In this document: piece by piece, positions 1 to 9,362 of the stretch
Layout: each line of letters begins with the position of its first letter
How positions within the stretch are numbered: the first letter of the stretch is position 1
NCBI GenBank assembly: GCA_965225855.1
Contig: CBDDCK010000004.1
Span: 64,001 to 128,000, forward strand
Source: Spirochaetia bacterium
GTDB lineage: Bacteria > Spirochaetota > Spirochaetia > SP-2023
Length of the DNA stretch: 64,000 bases
Reading direction: 5' to 3'
Position numbers and translations under genes: made by a program
The notes under the pieces: generated by a model
What the model was told of the DNA's origin: nothing
The model's input: only the letters and a program-made list of their open reading frames with translations
Databases searched by the model: none

Positions 1-2
1 GA

Positions 3-113
3 GAAATCTTTGTGAATGCGCTAATTACCGGGGCTTTTAGTCATAATTCTTTGCTTAGCATTCCGTACGCTCTTGATGCCATGATAGAGCTAATTGAAGA
101 AGTCATACCATAA
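3..113 (+). CDS. 3' end of iron-siderophore ABC substrate-binding protein (tandem paralog of next gene; truncated by window edge)
   Basis: Translates EIFVNALITGAFSHNSLLSIPYALDAMIELIEEVIP*, nearly identical to the C-terminus of 190..1209 (EIFVNALIAGAFAHSSLLSIPYALDAMVELIEEVIL*). Confidence 0.85.
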   Translation, partial: EIFVNALITGAFSHNSLLSIPYALDAMIELIEEVIP

Positions 114-189
114 GGGGGCACTTTATAGTAGCTCCCAATATTGCCAACATATTCCCGAAATACCCTAATTTAAGAGAGAGAGAGGACTC

Positions 190-1209
190 ATGCGTAAATT
201 TTATCGCTTTTTTGTATTTTGCTTGTTTGTTACTGGTTGGTTTGCTTTGTTTAACTGCCAGAAAAAGTCGGAAGTGGTGCAGGCAGATGCTTCCGAAGGT
301 AGCCAGCAGGAAGGAGAAACTTCCAATTTTCCCCTGACCATAGAGCACAAGTTTGGCACTACGGTAATTGAGCGCAAGCCCCAACGGATAGCTTCGCTAG
401 ATTTTGAAGGTGCGGACAATTTATTGGCTCTGGGCGTCCAGCCAGTGGTTATCCGCTATTGGTATGGTGATTACCTACGTAGAGTTTGGCCTTGGGCAGA
501 GCCCTTGTTACAAACAGAGCCAAGCGTACTAGAGAATGGCGATTTAAACTATGAACAAATCGCTGCGGAAAACCCTGATGTAATTATTGCGTTGTGGTCT
601 GGTATTGATGAAGAGGCTTATACCAAACTTAGTAGCATTGCGCCCGTAGTGGCGGTTCCCGAAGGGGTGGAAGATTATTCTTTGCCTTGGGACAAAAGGG
701 CTATTAGAACCGGTCTGGCCATTGGGGAAGAAGCTAAGGCTCGGGAAATGGTGCAGGGTATTGAACAAAAACTAGAAGGTATTCGGCAAGCCTACCCGCA
801 GTGGCAAGGGAAGACGTTTGGCTATGTCCAGTTTTGGCAGAATCTACCGGGAGCTTATACTTCTTTAAGTCCTCGCATACAGTTTTTTCAGAAAATGGGT
901 TTTCGCACTCTTCCAGCCATTGACGAACTGGCGAAGAAGCAGGGAGGCAATAAGTATTACGTAAATCTAAGTGAAGAGAAATTGAATTTGATTGATGGCG
1001 ACTTAATCGTTTGGGTTACCAGCAATGATAAGGAGAATTGGGAGGGGATTAAAGGCTTAAAGGCGCGCAAGTTCTTAAAGGCACATCAAGAAGGGCGAGA
1101 AATTTTTGTGAATGCGCTAATTGCAGGGGCTTTTGCCCATAGTTCTTTACTTAGCATTCCGTACGCACTTGATGCCATGGTAGAGCTAATAGAAGAAGTC
1201 ATACTATAA
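190..1209 (+). CDS. Iron-siderophore ABC transporter substrate-binding lipoprotein (FhuD/FepB-like)
   Basis: Signal peptide with Cys (ALFNC); FPLTIEHKFGTTVIERKPQRIASL, LLALGVQPV and NYEQIAAENPDVII motifs; GAGAGG RBS. Confidence 0.9.
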   Translation: MRKFYRFFVFCLFVTGWFALFNCQKKSEVVQADASEGSQQEGETSNFPLTIEHKFGTTVIERKPQRIASLDFEGADNLLALGVQPVVIRYWYGDYLRRVWPWAEPLLQTEPSVLENGDLNYEQIAAENPDVIIALWSGIDEEAYTKLSSIAPVVAVPEGVEDYSLPWDKRAIRTGLAIGEEAKAREMVQGIEQKLEGIRQAYPQWQGKTFGYVQFWQNLPGAYTSLSPRIQFFQKMGFRTLPAIDELAKKQGGNKYYVNLSEEKLNLIDGDLIVWVTSNDKENWEGIKGLKARKFLKAHQEGREIFVNALIAGAFAHSSLLSIPYALDAMVELIEEVIL

Positions 1210-1223
1210 GGGGTTGCTATACA

Positions 1224-2339
1224 ATGGGAGTTTTGGAAACGCTAAAATCGAAAATTTTTGATGTAATTATTGTTGGCGCAGGGCCTTCGGGCCTGTTTGC
1301 CGCATTCTATAGTGGTATGCGGGGCATGGATACTGCTGTTATGGAATGTCAGCCTATGGTCGGTGGCAAGCTAAATTTCTATGGGGAAAAAATTGTTTGG
1401 GATGCGGGTGGGCATCCGCCTATTTTGGCAAGTCAACTATGCCGGCAGTTATCGGAACAAGCGCAAATTTTTGAACCACAGATTTTATTTGGAGAAAAGA
1501 TTGTCCAGGTTTCTCAAAGTGCGCCATATGATAGTCATGACAACAATACCGCAATTGGCACTTGTTTCCGCCTGTCTTCGGAAACGGGTCGTGATTTTTA
1601 TAGCCGCTCTGTAATTATGGCGATTGGTAGTGGGGTGGTGAAACCCAAACTTTTATCCTTTGATGAAGGCCATCAAGCTGGCCAAAGGTTTGCAGAAGGC
1701 AATATAGCGAACCTTCATTATAGGGTTTCGCGGCTAGATGATTTTATTGGTAAGGTGGTTATGATTTCTGGCGGAGGGCATTCGGCTCTGGACTGGGCTG
1801 GAGAAATCTCTCAGGTAGCGAGAGCCGTTCACTTAGTTTATCGCAAAGCAGAGTTTGAAGGCCACGAAAATTTGGTTCAGCGGTTAAAATCGAGTATCCA
1901 TTGCTATTTGGAAACAAGCATAGTTGGGTTGGAATTAAATAAAAAGGATTTAATTGAAGCAGTGCAATTGGAAAGCCTCCATAGTGGTTCGAGTTTTTCG
2001 ATATTGGTGGACTGTCTGCTCGTTAGCCATGGTTTTGATCGTGATGATAGTTTATTACAGCAAAGCCCTTTACCGAATTTGAATTTAGATGAAGGGCGTA
2101 TTGCCGGTGATGCTTTAGCACAGACCGGGCAGGAAGGAATCTTTGCTGCCGGCGATGTGCTAAGATTTCCGGGTAAGGTTAATTTACTAGCTGGCTGTTT
2201 TCAAGATGCTGTCAATGCGGTGAATCGGGCTAAATCTTATATAGACCCTGCCGCAAATGGGAAGGCCAGGGTTTCCAGCCATAATGCGGTATTTGAAGAG
2301 CGCAATGCGATTTTGTTTGCTGCCAAAAAACAGAGATAA
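1224..2339 (+). CDS. Ferredoxin-NADP+ reductase, thioredoxin-reductase-like (YumC type)
   Basis: GAGPSGLFAAFYSGMR FAD motif, GGGHSALDWA NADPH motif, GIFAAGD and C-terminal VSSH; no CxxC. Confidence 0.85.
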   Translation: MGVLETLKSKIFDVIIVGAGPSGLFAAFYSGMRGMDTAVMECQPMVGGKLNFYGEKIVWDAGGHPPILASQLCRQLSEQAQIFEPQILFGEKIVQVSQSAPYDSHDNNTAIGTCFRLSSETGRDFYSRSVIMAIGSGVVKPKLLSFDEGHQAGQRFAEGNIANLHYRVSRLDDFIGKVVMISGGGHSALDWAGEISQVARAVHLVYRKAEFEGHENLVQRLKSSIHCYLETSIVGLELNKKDLIEAVQLESLHSGSSFSILVDCLLVSHGFDRDDSLLQQSPLPNLNLDEGRIAGDALAQTGQEGIFAAGDVLRFPGKVNLLAGCFQDAVNAVNRAKSYIDPAANGKARVSSHNAVFEERNAILFAAKKQR

Positions 2340-2350
2340 ATAGTAAAAAG

Positions 2351-2389
2351 GCTCTTTGCTCAACTTACTTTAAGAATTGGGCAAAGAGC
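2351..2389. terminator. Probable bidirectional intrinsic terminator between convergent FNR and sodB
   Basis: GCTCTTTGCTCAA...TTGGGCAAAGAGC inverted repeat, A-run on the left and T-rich on the right. Confidence 0.7.
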
Positions 2390-2414
2390 TCTTTCTTGTT
2401 CTATTTACAATAAA

Positions 2415-3017
2415 TTACGATGCATTATCCAATTTTTCAGCAACATATTCCCAATTGACTAAATTATTTACAAAAGCTTCTAAATATTTAGGGCGGGCAT
2501 TTCTGTAGTCAATATAGTAAGAATGCTCCCATACATCGCAGCCAAGTAAAGCCTCGCCACCGTGAACCAGCGGATTTTCTCCGTTGGCTGTTTTGGTTAT
2601 TTCCAATTTACCGCTGCTGTTTAGAATCAACCATGCCCAGCCAGAACCAAATTGTGTTGCACCTGCAGTACAAAAGGCTTGCTTAAAAGCATCGACCGAG
2701 CCAAAATCTGCTACAAGCTTTGTTTCAAGCTTTCCCGGTATTTTACCATTGGCCTTAGAAGCCATCATTTTCCAAAATTCAATGTGGTTCCAATGTTGGG
2801 CAGCATTATTGAACAGACCAGTTAAATTTTGCTTCCAAGCCTCTTTAACTATTTCTCCCAAAGATTTATTTTCTAGACTAGTGTCTTCTAATAATTTATT
2901 GCCGTTTACGACATAAGCATTGTGGTGCTTGTCGTGATGAAATTCTAAGGTTTCTGCAGACATATGCGGCTCAAGCGCATCGTATGCATAGGGCAAATCG
3001 GGTAAAGTAAAAGCCAT
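2415..3017 (-). CDS. sodB: Fe/Mn-family superoxide dismutase (Fe type)
   Basis: LPYAYDALEPH, HHDKHH, FNNAAQHWNH, QFGSGWAWL and DVWEHSYY motifs. Confidence 0.95.
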   Translation of the reverse strand: MAFTLPDLPYAYDALEPHMSAETLEFHHDKHHNAYVVNGNKLLEDTSLENKSLGEIVKEAWKQNLTGLFNNAAQHWNHIEFWKMMASKANGKIPGKLETKLVADFGSVDAFKQAFCTAGATQFGSGWAWLILNSSGKLEITKTANGENPLVHGGEALLGCDVWEHSYYIDYRNARPKYLEAFVNNLVNWEYVAEKLDNAS

Positions 3018-3124
3018 TTCTATTTCCTCCTAAGAAATAAAGTTCGATTAAAGTTAGGCCATATTGCCTGAAATGTAAAAAAAAGTCTATATAGAATGAA
3101 GCCGCAGGCCAATTAATCGCCCCG

Positions 3125-4249
3125 CTATTTTTGTTCCGAATTAAATGTAGGGTTAAATTGTTGTTCTACTTTGACAAACGTTGCTCTTTTGCTAATTTGT
3201 TTGAGTGTTGATGCGCCTATATAGGTACAGGTTGAGCGGACACCACCCAAGATATTGAGAATTGTACCTTCTACTTTGCCACGGAAAGGAACCACTACTG
3301 TTTTGCCTTCCGATGAACGGTATTGTGCCACACCTCCTGCATATTTTTTCATTGCTGTATCCGATGACATGCCATAGAACTTCATCACTTTTTTTTCAAG
3401 AACTTTTGGTTCCGATGATAAAACCGAACCATCTTCATTTAATTTTATTTCTACTTCGTCTGTAGTGTAATAGGTTGTCTCAATTTCACCGCTACATTCT
3501 TCGTGGCCAGCCAGCATACCACCTAGCATTACAAAATCAGCTCCCCCTGCAAAAGCTTTGGCTACATCGCCAGGGCAGGCACAACCGCCGTCTCCACATA
3601 CTAAACCACCTAAACCGTGGGCTGCATCAGCGCATTCCATAATTGCCGATAGCTGGGGCATTCCTACGCCTGTTTGTATGCGTGTAGTACATACTGAACC
3701 GGGCCCTATACCTACTTTTATTATGTCTGCTCCACGCAAAATTAGCTCTTCTGTCATTTCACCCGTTACTACATTCCCTGTAATGATGGTAGTTTCTGGG
3801 TATGTCTTGTGGAAGTTTGATACCAGATCGCTAAACCTTTGAGTATAGCCATTGGCAACATCAATGCACAAAAACTTGACGCTACCTTTGGGAACTCTCG
3901 TATAAAAATCTTGCCACTTAGCTACGTCTCTTTGTACAATTCCCATTGAATAAGCAACATATTCGGTGTTGGTTTCTGGAGCCGTAAAGAATTTTACTAA
4001 TTCGTCCGTACTGTAGTGCTTATGTAAGCAAGTCATTACATTGTGCTTAGCTAACTCTCTTTGCATTTCCATGGTGCCTGTTGTGTCCATATTGGCTGAC
4101 ATAATAGGCACACCCGTCCAAGTATTACCAGAATTTTTAAATTTAAATGTACGGTTTAAGTCCACTTCCTTGCGAGAGTTTAACGTGGAACGTTTGGGGC
4201 GAAGCAATACACTTTTAAAGTCAAGTTTATTATCTGGAATAATATGCAT
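3125..4249 (-). CDS. guaC: GMP reductase
   Basis: LRPKRSTL, ANMDTTG, IDVANGY, KVGIGPGSVCTTR, DGGC, FYGMSS and YRSSEGK motifs. Confidence 0.95.
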   Translation of the reverse strand: MHIIPDNKLDFKSVLLRPKRSTLNSRKEVDLNRTFKFKNSGNTWTGVPIMSANMDTTGTMEMQRELAKHNVMTCLHKHYSTDELVKFFTAPETNTEYVAYSMGIVQRDVAKWQDFYTRVPKGSVKFLCIDVANGYTQRFSDLVSNFHKTYPETTIITGNVVTGEMTEELILRGADIIKVGIGPGSVCTTRIQTGVGMPQLSAIMECADAAHGLGGLVCGDGGCACPGDVAKAFAGGADFVMLGGMLAGHEECSGEIETTYYTTDEVEIKLNEDGSVLSSEPKVLEKKVMKFYGMSSDTAMKKYAGGVAQYRSSEGKTVVVPFRGKVEGTILNILGGVRSTCTYIGASTLKQISKRATFVKVEQQFNPTFNSEQK

Positions 4250-4555
4250 AGTTCCCTCGCAATTACAATATTTATCTGCACTATTGGCCCATTGACGCTA
4301 ATAATCCCAGCGGGGTAATATAGAGCTATTGGGCAAAATTGGCAACTATTTTTTACCCTTTTTTGGTGATAGTTTCATTATTGTCATAGTTGCTAAATCG
4401 AGCTTATTAGAATAGCAAACCCAAGCCCGCCAGTTTTATCGTTCGATCCGGGACTACCCTTTGATAGGGAACTGGCATACAGATATTGAGAACAAAGCCA
4501 AAAACGAGTTTTAAAAAACATGAAAAATGGCCAAAAATATAAAGCTTGTTTTTAC

Positions 4556-4584
4556 TAGACGAATTGCATACAGATAAGTATACT
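4556..4584 (+). promoter_or_regulatory. Putative sigma70 promoter upstream of phoH operon
   Basis: TAGACG-17 bp-TATACT. Confidence 0.45.
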
Positions 4585-4781
4585 GCCACCAATCCCTTGT
4601 GGATTGCATTCTCAACTATTGCAAGCAGGTTACAATTGCTTATAGCAGAGCATATTATTGCGTCAATCTTAGCCGGTAAGCTTTAAACAAACTATGTTTT
4701 TTATAGTAGATACTTTTCTCAAATATGGCCCTTCTTCTAAACCATTTTCCAGCTAGCTGGTGAAGCCCGTTATTTAGATAC

Positions 4782-5816
4782 ATGAACGATTGTTCAAAAG
4801 AAAATACAAAAAAAGGCTCTGCTTTGTTTTCTTCATCTGATGTTTTAGAGAATCTCGGCCAATTAGAAATTGTCAATGAGCACCTAGCTTCCCTTTGTGG
4901 GCCCAATGACCATAATTTGGAAGTAATAGCTGCTTTATTTGATTGCCGAATATCTTGTATAGGGAATCAAGTGAGCCTGCACAGCCCAGATGCGGATGTA
5001 CAAAAATTATTCCAGTTATTTTTGGCAAGGCTACTATCTTATATGGAGCAGGGCATAGAAATTCAAGCCGACTTACTCGATGCCTTGTACTGTGCCATAA
5101 AAGATGAATACCAAACCGATGACTCAATGTACAATCCCAAGGATTCAGCCTTAGCCCTTAATGGTAGAACTATCCTGCCGCGAAATTATCGCCAACATCA
5201 ATTACTACAACAATTATTTCACTGCGATATTATTTTTGCGCTGGGCCCTTCCGGTACGGGCAAAACCTTTCTAGCGGTAGCCTATGGCCTTAACCAACTA
5301 CTTGCAGGCAAAACCAACCTACTATTACTTTCTCGTCCAGTTGTTGAAGCAGGGGAAAACCTAGGTTTTTTGCCAGGAGATTTTGCCCAAAAGATTGAAC
5401 CATATATGCTGCCTATCTATGATGCTATACGCTATCTCATCAAAGCAGAACAACTAGCAGCATTAGAAACCAAGAAAATGATTGAAATTGCCCCTTTAGC
5501 CTATATGCGTGGCCGAAGCCTGCGCGATGCGGTTATCATTTTGGACGAGGCTCAAAATGCAACAAAGCAACAAGTAAAAATGTTATTGACTCGCTTGGGT
5601 GAAGGTTCTAAAGCGATATTAACAGGCGACCCTAGCCAAAGTGATTTAGACAAAAAACCAGGGTCTTGTTCAGGGCTTGCCCAAACATCAAAATTTTTAG
5701 CCAAAGTAGAAGGAGTCGGCGTTCAGTATTTTCGCAACGAAGATGTGGTGCGAAGTGCTTTAGTACGCCGCATTGTAAAAGCTTACGAAGCAAATGAGAA
5801 AAAGATAAAAGGATAG
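4782..5816 (+). CDS. phoH: PhoH-family ATPase (YbeZ-like)
   Basis: GPSGTGKTFLA, SRPVVEAGENLGFLPGD, IAPLAYMRGR, ILDEAQN and TGDPSQSDL motifs. Confidence 0.95.
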   Translation: MNDCSKENTKKGSALFSSSDVLENLGQLEIVNEHLASLCGPNDHNLEVIAALFDCRISCIGNQVSLHSPDADVQKLFQLFLARLLSYMEQGIEIQADLLDALYCAIKDEYQTDDSMYNPKDSALALNGRTILPRNYRQHQLLQQLFHCDIIFALGPSGTGKTFLAVAYGLNQLLAGKTNLLLLSRPVVEAGENLGFLPGDFAQKIEPYMLPIYDAIRYLIKAEQLAALETKKMIEIAPLAYMRGRSLRDAVIILDEAQNATKQQVKMLLTRLGEGSKAILTGDPSQSDLDKKPGSCSGLAQTSKFLAKVEGVGVQYFRNEDVVRSALVRRIVKAYEANEKKIKG

Positions 5817-5827
5817 GAGCCAAAATT

Positions 5828-6373
5828 TTGGAACAAGTCCATATCTTTGTACAAATTGATGATGCAAGTATCCCTGAATTGGAACAGTGTGCAAAAACGA
5901 TCAACTCAAATTTAACCGAGCTTTCGCAACAATGCCACAAAATGCTGGAAGAATTGTTTGGCAAAATATTTCAAGATAGCGAGTTTCAAGCTTTGCTGAA
6001 CAAAGAAGGGCTAGCTCAAACAAAAGTATTCGAGTCTAGCTGGGAAATAACTTTGCTACTTTGTTCAGATATTCGCATGGCCCAATGGAATAACCAGTTT
6101 CGCAATTTAAACGAAACTACCGATATCTTGTCTTTTCCATCGCAAGAGCCGTATGGCGGAGATTTATTATTGTCATTAGATTCTTGGCAAGAAAATTGCC
6201 GAGAATTTGGCTGTGATTTGGTTGAAGAATTGAGGCGTTTACTATTACATGGTCTATTGCATTTAGCTGGTCTCGATCACTATCCAGACGAAGAACCCGA
6301 GAGCCCAAGGAGCCTTATGTTATTATATCAAGAAAACTTACTGAAACAGTATATAGAGAGTTATATTGTATGA
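5828..6373 (+). CDS. ybeY: rRNA maturation RNase YbeY
   Basis: TDILSFP and HGLLHLAGLDH metal-binding motif; follows phoH. Confidence 0.9.
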   Translation: MEQVHIFVQIDDASIPELEQCAKTINSNLTELSQQCHKMLEELFGKIFQDSEFQALLNKEGLAQTKVFESSWEITLLLCSDIRMAQWNNQFRNLNETTDILSFPSQEPYGGDLLLSLDSWQENCREFGCDLVEELRRLLLHGLLHLAGLDHYPDEEPESPRSLMLLYQENLLKQYIESYIV

Positions 6374-7296
6374 GAATATTTGGGAAACGCAGCAGAAAAA
6401 ATGACGATGAGGAACTTTATAGTCAAAACAACCTCAAGCATCGAATCTGGTTTGGCCGAAGAAAGCAAGATGAAAAAAAGGGAAATGATGGGTCTGGTTT
6501 GACAGAAAATACCCAGCGGATTCTCGATGGCGTGCGTAGTTTACAAGAGATTAGTGCCAAGGAATTGATGATTCCCAGAGTAGATGTTGATTTCCTAGAC
6601 AAAAATAGCAGTGTGGAAGAATTGGAATTGGCATTGACCCGCTCTAACCATTCCCGATTTCCAGTGTACGAAGATACGACCGACAGAATTATTGGTATCC
6701 TTTATGCTAAAGATTTGATACCTTACTGGGTCGAAAAGAAATTATTTGATGTTGCAGAAACTTGTCGCAAACCATATTTTGTGCCCGAGAGCATGAAGGT
6801 TGATGCCCTGCTAGCCGAATTTCAGTACCGCCATGTTCATATTGCGATGGTAGTCGATGAGTATGGCGGCATATCGGGAATTATCTGCTTGGAAGATATT
6901 TTAGAAGAGATTGTTGGTGATATTCAAGACGAATTTGATGAAGAAATTGAAAAGATTATTACTTTAGAAGAAGGCGTTTATGTTTGTGATGCCCGCTTAA
7001 ATATCACTAACTTGAATGAAGAACTGAATATAGATTTACCTACCGATGATTGTGATACTGTGGGTGGTTTTGTTTTCTCTCATTTGGGCAAAATCCCTAG
7101 CCTCTATGAAAAAATTCACTACAAAAATATTCAGTTTGTCGTTCAGAAATTGGAGGGACACCGCATTGAATCCATTAAAATTATCCTTTCAGGGGGAACG
7201 ATTACGGCAAACCAATCAACAGATTCGGCAAAATTTGCCAAATCTAACAAACTTACAAAATCTAGCGGAGAATTGGAGAGTATCTCTTCATCATAA
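6370..7296 (+). CDS. CBS/CorC-HlyC domain protein (CorC/TlyC family)
   Basis: MIPRVDV, HSRFPVY, HIAMVVDEYGG, LEDILEEIVGDIQDEFD; C-terminal CorC domain. Confidence 0.9.
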   Translation: MRIFGKRSRKNDDEELYSQNNLKHRIWFGRRKQDEKKGNDGSGLTENTQRILDGVRSLQEISAKELMIPRVDVDFLDKNSSVEELELALTRSNHSRFPVYEDTTDRIIGILYAKDLIPYWVEKKLFDVAETCRKPYFVPESMKVDALLAEFQYRHVHIAMVVDEYGGISGIICLEDILEEIVGDIQDEFDEEIEKIITLEEGVYVCDARLNITNLNEELNIDLPTDDCDTVGGFVFSHLGKIPSLYEKIHYKNIQFVVQKLEGHRIESIKIILSGGTITANQSTDSAKFAKSNKLTKSSGELESISSS

Positions 7297-7303
7297 TTTA
7301 TTT

Positions 7304-9340
7304 ATGCATTTGAAATTGATTTTTAAATTATCTAGCTTTTTATTCAGCTTGTTGCTACATAGCTTTTTCAATATAATGCTGATAGCCCAAACCGGTAGAA
7401 CCGGTGGCGATCAGCATTATAATATAGACGAAGCCCGTGCAGAAGAGCTGGAGCAGAAAACACTTTTTTACGATGCGATTGAAATCTGGCAGCGTGTTTT
7501 AAATAAAAGCCCAAATAACAGTCGAGCCTATTTTGGAATTGCTCGCGGTTACATGCGTTTAGGGCACTACAAGCAAGCTTTGGACTTTGTGGAAAAAGCT
7601 TTATTGCTGGCCAACCAGAACTACCAAATCGGCATCTTGAAAAGTCGCGTTCAAATGGGTCTTGAGCAATATGAAAAAGCCAAAGCCACACTACTGGAAT
7701 TAAAAGAAAAACATTCTAATTATCAAATAGATTTAGCTTTGTCTGAACTTTTTGCTGTTTTGGGAGATTTAGCTACCAGCGTAAAATATCTGAATGCAAT
7801 TAAAGAATTTGCCAGTGAAGATTTAAATTTTCAATTAACTTCGCTGATGATTTACGAAGAAGCCGGTAAAATTGACACTGCCAATACTTATTTGCAAAAA
7901 GCCTTAGATGCCTACTATAATGAGCCTGTAGTGCATAAGTTAGCCGCAGCTTATTATTTGCGCCGGGGGCTTTACGACAAAATTCAGCAAGAAATTGATA
8001 TTCTGAAATCTTTGGGAATTGATACTGAAGAATTGAATTTGCTCAATTTGGAAGCAGCTTACTTAAACGGCGATTACGAACTAGCCAGTAATTTGGCAAA
8101 AGCACTGCTCGAAACCTATCCTAAAAATGCCAAAGCATGGTATATGCTAGGTCTATCTTACAGCAATGCAGGAAACATGGAAAAGGCCCTAGATGCCTTG
8201 AACACTGCTAGACGCATTACACCGAATGATGAATTGATAAAAATTGTAATTGCGGATATACTTCGTAAAAAATATAATTACCCTTCCCAATGGCATAAAA
8301 AAGAAGCGATGTACTATATTGCTAATGCTGTAAAAAAACACGATGATTTACTATATGAAGAGGCTTTGCAAAATTATCGCTTCGCTTTACAGATCGATCC
8401 TTTGAATAGCGAAAATTGGATGGCCTTTGCTTCTGTGTTTCGAGATAGGGGAAATTATGCCAAATATTTGGATAAACTGTATTCTTGGAAAGAATTTTAT
8501 GTTAAAAAAGGAGACTCATCTCCAGAGCTTGAAGGACTGATACGCCTTTATGAAGCTTCAACCCCGCAAAGCGTTGCCTATAAATGGGGTATAGAACAAT
8601 TTTTCTACCATAACAATTTCTACCCAATACAGTTTTTTGTTATTCAGGGGAGTAGTCGTCATGTTGAAATTGCTGGTGAACTTGGTTCGCATTTCATCAA
8701 TATTTTACAATGGTATGAGCAGCCTTTTGTCATCGATGAAGTAAAAAATGTTTTTGATGATTTGGAAGCTCAAAAACTAGCATACAATAATAGAAATAAC
8801 AGTGATTATTATATTATTTTAAATTTTACAAAATCGATAAATGGCAGTTTTCGTTTTGAATTTGACTTGTATTTGAGTGCTACGGGGAAGCATATCAAAC
8901 AATATGTTATTGAACGAGTTTCTAATGGCAACATCTATCGTTCTTTTGTCTCTTTGGCAAAACAATTAAATCAGCTATTCCCACAAAAAGCTAGAATCAT
9001 CAAAGCAAAAGTAAATCGCGCGGTAATGAGCTTGGGTAGTTTAGACGGAATCAAGAAAGGCCAAGAATGGCTAATCCTATCGAATACCGATGGATACTTT
9101 GGTGAATATAAAAATAGCGATGTGATTGGGATTTTAACGGTAGATGCCGTTGACGAGAAAGTGAGCGAAGGCACGGTAAAGTTGCGCTCTTTGGTAAACC
9201 GAGTGCAAACAGATTACATTGTTTTGCCGTCACAACCAAAAGAAGAAGTTGCAGAACAAGTAGCGCCAAAGAATACGATCGTATTGCAAGAGCCAAATAT
9301 CGATTTAAAAATGCGTTTGTTTGAGCTGGATAATAGATAA
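7304..9340 (+). CDS. Exported tetratricopeptide-repeat protein
   Basis: Several TPR-like units (AYFGIARGYMRLG, AWYMLGLSYSNAG, ALQIDPLN); start moved to ATG 7304, which begins a signal-like segment and avoids overlap with the preceding gene. Confidence 0.75.
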   Translation: MHLKLIFKLSSFLFSLLLHSFFNIMLIAQTGRTGGDQHYNIDEARAEELEQKTLFYDAIEIWQRVLNKSPNNSRAYFGIARGYMRLGHYKQALDFVEKALLLANQNYQIGILKSRVQMGLEQYEKAKATLLELKEKHSNYQIDLALSELFAVLGDLATSVKYLNAIKEFASEDLNFQLTSLMIYEEAGKIDTANTYLQKALDAYYNEPVVHKLAAAYYLRRGLYDKIQQEIDILKSLGIDTEELNLLNLEAAYLNGDYELASNLAKALLETYPKNAKAWYMLGLSYSNAGNMEKALDALNTARRITPNDELIKIVIADILRKKYNYPSQWHKKEAMYYIANAVKKHDDLLYEEALQNYRFALQIDPLNSENWMAFASVFRDRGNYAKYLDKLYSWKEFYVKKGDSSPELEGLIRLYEASTPQSVAYKWGIEQFFYHNNFYPIQFFVIQGSSRHVEIAGELGSHFINILQWYEQPFVIDEVKNVFDDLEAQKLAYNNRNNSDYYIILNFTKSINGSFRFEFDLYLSATGKHIKQYVIERVSNGNIYRSFVSLAKQLNQLFPQKARIIKAKVNRAVMSLGSLDGIKKGQEWLILSNTDGYFGEYKNSDVIGILTVDAVDEKVSEGTVKLRSLVNRVQTDYIVLPSQPKEEVAEQVAPKNTIVLQEPNIDLKMRLFELDNR

Positions 9341-9362
9341 ACAGAGAGGTGAAAATTAAGTA

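Noticed and set aside
4436..4460. tRNA gene (GTTCGATCC T-loop-like motif)
   Set aside because: T-stem is imperfect and no D-arm, anticodon arm or acceptor stem can be built
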